From a virus: a DNA stretch of 39,003 nucleotides. Of the stretch, positions 14,231 to 21,634 are shown piece by piece (the first letter of the stretch is position 1; the number at the start of each line of letters is the position of its first letter). The stretch spans positions 1 through 39,003 of the IMG/VR virus record IMGVR_UViG_3300045988_097822; one strand, written 5' to 3'. The position numbers were made by a program, and so were the translations under genes. The notes beneath the pieces were generated by a model that did not search any database, had not been told where the DNA came from, and saw only the letters and a program-made list of their open reading frames with translations.

Positions 14231-14235
14231 GGGGC

Positions 14236-14769
14236 ATGGCTTATCAGAAGAAAAATCCAACTGCGGAAGAGCGCAAGGCGCACATGGATAACATGAACGA
14301 GAAGGCCGCCGCGGCCCACAGGAAACAGACGATTGAGAAGATCAAGGCGTTCCTGAAGCAGTCTGAGGAATACTTTGACGCGCAGGACCGGCTGGAGCAG
14401 GCATACAGCGAGGCGGGCCTTGCCAATGCGATGCGATGGACGGTTCAGCGGCTTCAGGGGTATTACGACTACAACGATGGCCGGGAGGCCGAGGTGGTCG
14501 AAGCGCAGGTGGAAGCCTTTGAAGCGGGCAATGAGGAGATCAACGATCCCCGCTGCGTTATGAGTTACTACGTGCGGCTGGCATACCAGCGGATTCAGGA
14601 GCAGATCGACACCAGCCCCATCTACCAGGAAAAGGGCATGGTGACGCGAGGCATTTTCCTGAATAAGCAGAAGCGTCTGGGCGGCTATCAGGACAAGCAG
14701 GAGACCCGCCAGGACATCAGCGTGAACGTGACCTTCGGGGACGGCGTGGACGCAAGCGACTTCAAGTGA
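14236..14769 (+). CDS. Hypothetical protein (first gene of the rightward late/accessory block)
   Basis: 177-aa ORF preceded by a GAGAGGGGGG RBS. Confidence 0.6.
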   Translation: MAYQKKNPTAEERKAHMDNMNEKAAAAHRKQTIEKIKAFLKQSEEYFDAQDRLEQAYSEAGLANAMRWTVQRLQGYYDYNDGREAEVVEAQVEAFEAGNEEINDPRCVMSYYVRLAYQRIQEQIDTSPIYQEKGMVTRGIFLNKQKRLGGYQDKQETRQDISVNVTFGDGVDASDFK

Positions 14770-14781
14770 GGAGGCGGCGAG

Positions 14782-15024
14782 GTGAACGGCCTGATTTTGG
14801 TTTTATCCCTGATCTGCGGGGCGGCCAGCATGGGCGCTGCCGTATGCGCAGTGCTGATCCTGCGGCTGCTGCGGGAGATCAAAGCCCCCTCCCCCACGGA
14901 ACCGGAGAAGCCGGAGGTGGAAGAGCCTACGGACCGGCAGAAAAGCGTGGAACAGGGCATTGATAACCTGATGACCTACGATCTGAACACCATGAAAGCC
15001 AGCCTGAAGGGGCGGGAGGTGTGA
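14782..15024 (+). CDS. Small membrane protein (N-terminal TM)
   Basis: GTG start after GAGGAGG. The sequence is LILVLSLICGAASMGAAVCAVLILRLL. Confidence 0.5.
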   Translation: MNGLILVLSLICGAASMGAAVCAVLILRLLREIKAPSPTEPEKPEVEEPTDRQKSVEQGIDNLMTYDLNTMKASLKGREV

Positions 15025-15025
15025 T

Positions 15026-15475
15026 ATGGCGGTTACGGTACAGCAGATTTTTGACATCGCCATCCACCTGATGGATTCCCAGAATGAATCCACCGGTTCC
15101 ACGGACACGGCGGACACCAAGGAGTACAAGCTGCGGACTGTTTCTCTGCTGAACAGCGTTTTAGACAGGGCGTTCCCGTACAGCGACAACTACCGGGAGG
15201 CACTGGAAGCGGCGGGCGGCAAGCGGCCTATCTGCCCCAAGGTGACGGAGATGGCGGACGAGGTGGCGCTGGATGAGCGGATCTGCACCGGGGCGCTGCC
15301 CTACGGTCTGGCAGGTCTGCTGCTGCTGGAGGAGGACCCCAGCCGGGCCAACTTCCTGTGGCAGACGTTTCTGGAACAGCTGGAGCTGTGCCGCCAGAGC
15401 CTTCCAAGCGTGATCGGTGACGTGGAAAACCTTTACGGCGGCATTGAACACGGGGAGTTTGGAGCATGGTGGTAG
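15026..15475 (+). CDS. Hypothetical protein (possible virion adaptor)
   Basis: 149-aa ORF tightly packed with its neighbours. I recognised no motif. Confidence 0.5.
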   Translation: MAVTVQQIFDIAIHLMDSQNESTGSTDTADTKEYKLRTVSLLNSVLDRAFPYSDNYREALEAAGGKRPICPKVTEMADEVALDERICTGALPYGLAGLLLLEEDPSRANFLWQTFLEQLELCRQSLPSVIGDVENLYGGIEHGEFGAWW

Positions 15476-15666
15476 ATGGGACGTGGGTCTACCGCTGCCC
15501 TATCTGCGGGAAAGCGCTTCAGCACATCGAACCGGGTAGCGTGATCTACAACGCGCCAATTTACTGCCGAAGATGCAAGGTGAGTCACTACCCAACCATT
15601 TTTGAGGGGCGGGAGCTGGATACAGACGTCCCCTTCCCCATCACACATGTACAGACGGAGGAATGA
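15466..15666 (+). CDS. Cysteine-rich KTR-like zinc-ribbon protein
   Basis: YRCPICGKAL...NAPIYCRRCK resembles the Cys-rich KTR family layout. Confidence 0.5.
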   Translation: MVVDGTWVYRCPICGKALQHIEPGSVIYNAPIYCRRCKVSHYPTIFEGRELDTDVPFPITHVQTEE

Positions 15667-15668
15667 CA

Positions 15669-16127
15669 ATGAAAATGAAAACCTACATCGGCACGAAAAT
15701 TATTGAGGCGATCCCTGCTATTCGCAAGGGTGGCACGGTCTACGAGAAAGACCAGCCCATCCCCAAGAGCATGGACCCCGAGGAGGAGGGCTATAAGGTC
15801 CGCTACCAGGACGGCTACGAGAGCTTTAGTCCAAAGGCTGTGTTTGAGGCCGCATATCGGGAAACAGACTGCCTGAGTTTTGGCCTTGCCATTGAAGCAG
15901 CGAAGAAAGGGAAGAGAATTGCCCGCCGCGGTTGGAATGGCAAGAATCAGTATGTTGAGCTTGCGGAGCGCATCAGCTATGAGAACGCTGCGCATGAGGT
16001 GGTCAACGCCAATCACGAAGCTATCGGCAACAAAGCACTTGCTTTTGTCGGCACATCCGGCGTGCAGCTCGGCTGGCTGGCATCGCAGGCGGATATGCTG
16101 GCTGATGACTGGGAGATTGTGGAATAA
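15669..16127 (+). CDS. DUF2829-domain protein (Tad2-like candidate anti-Thoeris sponge) with an N-terminal extension
   Basis: LSFGLAIEAAKKGKRIARRGWNGKNQYV ... LGWLASQADMLADDWEIVE matches the hallmark DUF2829 termini. The ATG at 15669 lies 7 nt after GGAGG. Confidence 0.65.
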   Translation: MKMKTYIGTKIIEAIPAIRKGGTVYEKDQPIPKSMDPEEEGYKVRYQDGYESFSPKAVFEAAYRETDCLSFGLAIEAAKKGKRIARRGWNGKNQYVELAERISYENAAHEVVNANHEAIGNKALAFVGTSGVQLGWLASQADMLADDWEIVE

Positions 16128-16145
16128 TTCTCCAGTAAACTGAAT

Positions 16146-16210
16146 AAACGAGAGCCAAACGAGGCCATGAGAACGGCGAAAGCCGTTTCTTGTGGTCTCG
16201 TTTTTGTTTT
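16146..16210 (+). terminator. Intrinsic terminator (long interrupted hairpin plus T-tract)
   Basis: AAACGAGAgCCA...ACGGCgaaaGCCGT...TGGtCTCGTTT followed by TTTTGTTTT. Confidence 0.6.
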
Positions 16211-16219
16211 GTCAGCAAA

Positions 16220-16263
16220 GCCAGACCAGGCTTTGAAAATACAAAGATCCGGCCAGACCAGGC
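16220..16263 (+). repeat. Two 12-nt direct repeats GCCAGACCAGGC, 32 nt apart, upstream of the scaffold gene
   Basis: The copies are at 16220-16231 and 16252-16263. The second lies within the CCGGCCagaccaGGCCGG palindrome. Confidence 0.6.
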
Positions 16264-16280
16264 CGGGGAAAGAGGCCAAT

Positions 16281-17186
16281 ATGGACGAAAACATGAACCA
16301 GATCCCCGAACAGGAGACCGAAACTACGGACGCCTTTTTGGATGGCTGGGACGGCGAAGCAGAAGCAGCGGCAGACCAGCCGGAAGTGGACGCAGAGCCG
16401 GTGGAGACTGGCGAGGAAACGCTTGCCGAGGACCCCAGTGAGAGCGCAGAGACGCCGGAAGAGGGCACTGAGCCTCCCGCAGATGCGGAACAGGCATCCC
16501 AGACGCAGCAGACCGAGGCGGAGACCGTGGACGCACGGCCCCAGACATGGGAGCTGCGGCACATGGGCGAGGTGCGGCAGGCCAACGAAGCGGAAATGGT
16601 GGCATTGGCCCAGAAGGGCATGGACTATGACCGCATCCGCAGCCAGTATGACGAGTTTAAGCCTGTGATGGAGATGGTCAACCGCTTTGCAAACCAGCAG
16701 GGGTTGAACACCAATGACTACATTTCCATGCTCCGGGCGCAGGCAAAGCAGGCCGAGGGCCTGAGTGAAGCGGACGCACGGCGCTCCGTGGAACTTGAGG
16801 ACCGGGAGGCCGTTGTGGCCGCCGCAGAAGCGGAACGGCAGGCCCAGCAGGACGCCATGGCGCAGGCCCAGCGGGCCGAGGCCGAGGCGGCAAGCCGCCG
16901 ACAGGCGGACATTCAGGAATTTCAACAGACATTCCCCGAGGCAGCAAAGGACCCCAACAGCATCCCGCCCCAAGTCTGGGCGGACGTGCGGAACGGCTCT
17001 TCTCTGGTAGCCGCCTACGCCCGATACGCCGTGCAGCAGGCACGGCAGGACGCGGCAGCCGCCCAGCGTGAGACGGCTTCCGTGCAGCAGAACCAGAAGA
17101 ACGCAGCTCGGGCCACCGGCAGCATGCAGAGCGCCGGTGATGGGCCGAAGTCTAAGGACCCGTTCCTGGAGGGCTGGGGGGACTAA
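16281..17186 (+). CDS. Capsid scaffolding protein
   Basis: It has an acidic N-terminal part and A/Q/E-rich coiled-coil-like segments. It lies directly upstream of the major capsid gene and ends DPFLEGWGD. Confidence 0.6.
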   Translation: MDENMNQIPEQETETTDAFLDGWDGEAEAAADQPEVDAEPVETGEETLAEDPSESAETPEEGTEPPADAEQASQTQQTEAETVDARPQTWELRHMGEVRQANEAEMVALAQKGMDYDRIRSQYDEFKPVMEMVNRFANQQGLNTNDYISMLRAQAKQAEGLSEADARRSVELEDREAVVAAAEAERQAQQDAMAQAQRAEAEAASRRQADIQEFQQTFPEAAKDPNSIPPQVWADVRNGSSLVAAYARYAVQQARQDAAAAQRETASVQQNQKNAARATGSMQSAGDGPKSKDPFLEGWGD

Positions 17187-17231
17187 GCCTTTGCATCGCC
17201 GGGGATACCGACGAAAGAGAGGTTTTGAACC

Positions 17232-18284
17232 ATGGCTATCAATTACGCCGTTAAATACGCAACCAAGATCGCGGAGGCTTTCTCTAAGCCTTCTATCACC
17301 GACGACGATGCCGGTAAGGCATACACCTGGACCGGCCCCAACAGCAAGACCATTGTCGTTGGCAGCGTGGACACCGTGCCGGAGACCGAGTACACCAACA
17401 CCGGCGACAACCGATTCGGCACCACCTACGACCTGGGCGACACCCAGCAGGAGATGACCTGCGAGCAGAAGCCCGCTTTCTCCTTCACCATCGACGCGGT
17501 GGATCAGACGGATCAGGCCATTGAGAAGTCCGCTTCCCGCGCCCTGCGGCGTCAGCTGGAGCAGCGGACCACCCCCAACATGGACCGCCACCGCATCAAG
17601 AAGTGGGTGATGGGCGCTAATATCCAGCGTCAGGAGACGACCGCCCCCACCAAGAGCACCATCGGCGGCCTGATTATCGACCTGAACGCCGATATGACCA
17701 ACGCCCTGGTGCCCATGGAGAACCGCACCCTGTACATTGCCACCAGCTATTACAAGCTGCTGAAGCAGGATCCCGCCTGGCTGGGCACCGAGAGCCTTGC
17801 CAAGGAGGCCCTGACCAGAGGCGTGGTGGGCCAGTACGACGGCTGCCGGGTGAAGAACATCCCCGACCGCTATATGCCCGCCGGCGTGTACTTCTTCATC
17901 AAGTGGAAGGGCAGCACCGTGGACCCCGTGAAGCTGGCGCAGTACGACATTCTGCCCAAGGTGAAGGGCTATTCCGGCCCCGTGGTGCAGGGCGTGACCT
18001 ACTATGACAGCTTCGTGCTGGGCGCCAAGGGCGACGGCGTTGCCGTTTGCGGCAATGCTGCCATTCTGGCGGCTCCCACGATGTCTATCACCGGCCATGC
18101 CGTCAGCATCACCGCCGTGTCCGGCGTGGTGTTCAAGTACACCACCGACGGCACCAACCCCCGATACTCCAACACCGCCCAGATCTACACCGCCGCTGTG
18201 ACCCTGACCGCCGGTCAGACCATGCGGGCCGTGGGCACCAAGGACGGCTGCGTGGGCATCGAGGGCACCAAGGATTACGAGTGA
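17232..18284 (+). CDS. Major capsid protein with a C-terminal Ig-like (chitobiase/hexosaminidase-C-like) domain
   Basis: The call rests on its position after the scaffold gene and its size. The C-terminal FKYTTDGTNPRYSNTAQIYTAAVTLTAGQTMRA matches the YTxDGSxP..S..Y pattern. Confidence 0.75.
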   Translation: MAINYAVKYATKIAEAFSKPSITDDDAGKAYTWTGPNSKTIVVGSVDTVPETEYTNTGDNRFGTTYDLGDTQQEMTCEQKPAFSFTIDAVDQTDQAIEKSASRALRRQLEQRTTPNMDRHRIKKWVMGANIQRQETTAPTKSTIGGLIIDLNADMTNALVPMENRTLYIATSYYKLLKQDPAWLGTESLAKEALTRGVVGQYDGCRVKNIPDRYMPAGVYFFIKWKGSTVDPVKLAQYDILPKVKGYSGPVVQGVTYYDSFVLGAKGDGVAVCGNAAILAAPTMSITGHAVSITAVSGVVFKYTTDGTNPRYSNTAQIYTAAVTLTAGQTMRAVGTKDGCVGIEGTKDYE

Positions 18285-18290
18285 TCTCAT

Positions 18291-18354
18291 GGGAGGGGGC
18301 TTCGGCCCCTTCCCCCATATATGGACGGAGCGGGTGCATGAACCCGGCCCGTCC
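18291..18354 (+). terminator. Two tandem GC hairpins after the capsid gene (attenuator or RNA-stability element; no U-tract)
   Basis: GGGAGGGGGC ttcg GCCCCTTCCC, then GGACGG..CGGG tgcatgaa CCCG..CCGTCC. Confidence 0.4.
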
Positions 18355-18374
18355 ACCAGATATAAGGAGCGATT

Positions 18375-19760
18375 ATGCCTCGATATAAACAGACAGCAGG
18401 CGGGACGGTACAGGTGGATTTGGGGACGCTGAACCCCAAGCAGAAGCAGTTCTGCCAGTCCAGGAGCCGGTACACGGCTTACGGAGGCGCCAGAGGCGGC
18501 GGCAAGACACACGTTCTGCTGCGGAAGGCGGCAGGCGGCGCGCTCACCTACCCCGGCATTAAGATCCTGATCGTGCGCCGGGAATACCCGGAATTGGAGC
18601 AGAACATCATCTTACCCATGCAAAAGCTGATCCCGCCGGAGGTGGGCAGCTACAACGGCAGTATGCGCATGATGTTCTTCTGCAACGGCAGCATCATCAA
18701 GTTCGGTCACTACGGGGCCGGAGACGATCAGGAGTATCAGGGCCTTGAGTTTGACTGGATCTTCATGGAGGAGGCCACCCAGTTCTCGGAATCCCAGTTC
18801 CGCACACTGGGCGCTTGCTTGCGCGGTGCAACGAAGTTCCCCCGGCGGATGTACCTGACCTGCAACCCCGGCGGCATCGGCCACCTGTGGGTGAAGCGGC
18901 TGTTCGTGGACCGGGAGTACCGGGAGGGGGAAAAGGCCAAGGATTACACCTTCATCCCCGCCACGGTGGACGATAACCCCCAGCTTTTGGAGGCGTCTCC
19001 GGAGTACAAGCAAATGCTGGACCTGCTGCCGGAGGATGTGCGGCGGGCGTGGCGCTACGGCGATTGGAACGCCATGGCAGGCACGTTCTTCCCGGAGTTC
19101 CGGCGGGAGACCCATGTGATCGCGCCCTTTGTACGGGTGCCTCGTGAGTGGAAAAAATACCGGGCGTTCGACTACGGCCTTGATATGTTCGCCTGCCTTT
19201 GGGTGGCGGTGGACTTTGAAGGGCGGGCCTATGTGTATCGGGAGGTACAGCAAAGCGGCTTGATCGTCAGCGAGGCGGCAAAGCTGGCAAATGCCCTGAC
19301 CCCGCCGGAGGAACACATTGAGTTCACCATTGCCCCGCCGGATATGTGGAACCGGCAGAAGGACAGCGGTCGGAGCATGGCGGAGATCTTCGCGCAGTAC
19401 GGGCTGGGACTGCTGAAGGCCAGCAACAACCGTGTTCAGGGCTGGATGGCCGTGAAGGAGCTGCTGAAGCCCATGAAGAGCGACACGGACCGGCCCGGAT
19501 TGCTGGTGACGGAAAACTGCGTGGGCCTGATCCGCAACCTGCCCTCCATCCAGCATGACGAGAAAAACCCCTCGGACTGCGCCACGGAGCCCCATGAGAT
19601 CACCCACATCTGCGACGCTGCCCGGTATTTCTGTGTCACCCGCGTGTTGGGTGCCCAGAAAACCGTGGAGAAGATCGTGGACGATTTTGACGAGGGCGAG
19701 GACTACGATGACGTGATGACGGGCGGGGAGATGACCGCCGGTTATCTATCCTACGGATAA
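18375..19760 (+). CDS. terL: Terminase large subunit
   Basis: Walker A is YGGARGGGKTH and Walker B-like is FDWIFMEEATQF. A nuclease half lies C-terminal. Confidence 0.9.
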   Translation: MPRYKQTAGGTVQVDLGTLNPKQKQFCQSRSRYTAYGGARGGGKTHVLLRKAAGGALTYPGIKILIVRREYPELEQNIILPMQKLIPPEVGSYNGSMRMMFFCNGSIIKFGHYGAGDDQEYQGLEFDWIFMEEATQFSESQFRTLGACLRGATKFPRRMYLTCNPGGIGHLWVKRLFVDREYREGEKAKDYTFIPATVDDNPQLLEASPEYKQMLDLLPEDVRRAWRYGDWNAMAGTFFPEFRRETHVIAPFVRVPREWKKYRAFDYGLDMFACLWVAVDFEGRAYVYREVQQSGLIVSEAAKLANALTPPEEHIEFTIAPPDMWNRQKDSGRSMAEIFAQYGLGLLKASNNRVQGWMAVKELLKPMKSDTDRPGLLVTENCVGLIRNLPSIQHDEKNPSDCATEPHEITHICDAARYFCVTRVLGAQKTVEKIVDDFDEGEDYDDVMTGGEMTAGYLSYG

Positions 19761-19774
19761 AGGAGGCCCGGACG

Positions 19775-21622
19775 ATGGCTCAAATCACATCCAGCAACGA
19801 TATTCAGGTGTTGAAGATCCGCCAGTTTTTGGGCCTGAACGAGAACCCGGACGGAGATACCAAGATCAAGAACGGCGAAATGAGCGAAATGCGGAACTTC
19901 CGTGTGACGCGGGAGAAGCACTTGCAGCTGCGCCCCGGCACCAAGACGGTCCTGAACCTGAAAACGGCATGGGACGCATGGTGCGCGGAGAGCGGCCACA
20001 CGGCCCCCACAGCAAACCCGGTTTTCTCCGGCGCGTGGGAGGGCGTGGTAGACAGCAAACAGCGGACCCTTGCCGCCTTCGGCGGGCTGATCTTCTCTCT
20101 GGACCCGGCGGCGGCAACAACCAAGGTCGTGGGCCAGTGCACGCAGGCACAGACTTCGTTCTTCGGCTTTTCCAACAAGGTTTACTTGCTGAACGGCCAT
20201 GAATACATGAGCTGGGACGGCAAGGAGAACAGCAGCTTTGCGGCGGTGGAGGGCTATATCCCCACAGTGATGAACGCCACCACGCCTGCGGGCGGCGGGT
20301 TTCTGCTGGAAAACGTGAACCGGCTGACGGGCAAGCGGAAGGTGCTGTATTCCCCGGACGGCAAGGAGACGGTTTTCCACATCCCGGAAAAGACGGTGGA
20401 TGAGATCATCTCCGTGAAGATCGGGGACACGGCGCAGACCTACACCTCCGACCTGACGGCCCGGACGTTTACCATTACCCCCGCCCCCGCTGCCGGAACC
20501 AACACACTGGAGCTGATCTACCGCAGCGGCAACGGAGAACGGGCGCAGGTAACGGGGATGCGATTCTCCGAGCTTTACAACGGTCAGACGGACAGCCGTG
20601 TGTTTCTCTACGGAGACGGCACCAACAAGACCATTTACTCCGGCATTGATTCCGCCACCGGCAAGCCTTCTGCGGAATACTTCCCGGATCTGTATGAGGC
20701 GGAGGTTGGCGAGGCCAACACGCCTATCACCGGCATGGTGCGCCATTACGCACGGCTGGTGGTATTCAAGCAGGACGCCACCTACTCCATGAGCTATTCC
20801 ACGCTGGTAACGGCTACGGACGTCACCACGGCGGCGTTCTATGTGACCCCTGTCAACCGGCAGTTCGGCAACAAAGCTCCGGGTCAGGTGGACATTCTGG
20901 AGAACAACCCCCTGACGCTGGACGATCAGGCGGTGTATCGGTGGCAGAGCGTATCCACCAGCGGAAATATCACCTTTGACGAGCGGAACGCGGAACGGAT
21001 CAGCAACCGGGTAGAAGTGACGCTAAAAGGCTTTGATATGGCAGAGACCCGGACCTTCAACCGGAAATCGGCGCAGGAATACTGGTGGATGTACGGAGAC
21101 AAGGCGCTGATCCTGAACTACGGCGCGGACGCATGGTATCTCTACACCGGATTGAGCTTCCGGGCCATGGTGGAGGTGGGGCTTGAGACCTACGGCTTCC
21201 GGCCTGACGGCGGCGTGGTGCATCTCTCCCGGCAGTACCGGAACGATGACGGCAAGGACATTGACGCCTACGCTGCCACCGGCTCCATGGACTTTGACCG
21301 AGACTGGGTGCTGAAATACAGCCCGCTTATTTTCGTGGCGATCCAGCCGGAGAGCAACGCGCGGGTGCACGTAACGGTGGAGACCAACCGCCGCAGTGAC
21401 TACCCGGAGAAAATCGTGTCCTCCGGCCTGGCCACCTTTGCCCATGCGGACTTCGCCCACTGGTCTTTCGGCACCAACCGAAAGCCGCAGGTACGGCGGG
21501 TGAAGATGAAGGTGAAGAAGGCCACTTTCTACAAGCTGGTATTCAAGAGCAAATCGGCATCGTCTACCGCAACGGTTCTGGAGACGGACGTGCAGCTCCG
21601 CTATACCGGAAATGTGAAATAA
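19775..21622 (+). CDS. Putative tail tubular/nozzle protein (T7 gp12-like N-terminus)
   Basis: FLGLNENPDGDTKIKNGEMSEMRNFRVTREKHLQLRPG parallels the T7 gp12 pattern GGISQQP...N......GLQKRP. The gene sits between terL and portal. Confidence 0.4.
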   Translation: MAQITSSNDIQVLKIRQFLGLNENPDGDTKIKNGEMSEMRNFRVTREKHLQLRPGTKTVLNLKTAWDAWCAESGHTAPTANPVFSGAWEGVVDSKQRTLAAFGGLIFSLDPAAATTKVVGQCTQAQTSFFGFSNKVYLLNGHEYMSWDGKENSSFAAVEGYIPTVMNATTPAGGGFLLENVNRLTGKRKVLYSPDGKETVFHIPEKTVDEIISVKIGDTAQTYTSDLTARTFTITPAPAAGTNTLELIYRSGNGERAQVTGMRFSELYNGQTDSRVFLYGDGTNKTIYSGIDSATGKPSAEYFPDLYEAEVGEANTPITGMVRHYARLVVFKQDATYSMSYSTLVTATDVTTAAFYVTPVNRQFGNKAPGQVDILENNPLTLDDQAVYRWQSVSTSGNITFDERNAERISNRVEVTLKGFDMAETRTFNRKSAQEYWWMYGDKALILNYGADAWYLYTGLSFRAMVEVGLETYGFRPDGGVVHLSRQYRNDDGKDIDAYAATGSMDFDRDWVLKYSPLIFVAIQPESNARVHVTVETNRRSDYPEKIVSSGLATFAHADFAHWSFGTNRKPQVRRVKMKVKKATFYKLVFKSKSASSTATVLETDVQLRYTGNVK

Positions 21623-21634
21623 AGGGGTGAACCC

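Noticed and set aside
13581-14235. Group I or group II intron, or retron-type ncRNA
   Set aside because: The adjacent tRNA is uninterrupted. I saw no GUGYG...AY boundaries with a domain-V-like hairpin. The window contains no reverse transcriptase, maturase or homing endonuclease ORF.
12968-14319. ORFs inside the non-coding region (12968-13171 plus; 13284-13496, 13436-13621, 13625-13852, 13871-14260 and 13975-14319 minus)
   Set aside because: None has an RBS, and one overlaps the tRNA. Their compositions are odd and they run against local helix-forming repeats. I treated the region as non-coding.
16212-18512. 766-aa minus-strand ORF
   Set aside because: It is antisense to the scaffold and major capsid genes. 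Its composition is Gly/Ala/Leu/His/Arg-rich and low-complexity, as expected for the open antisense frame of GC-rich coding DNA. I saw no RBS and no motif.
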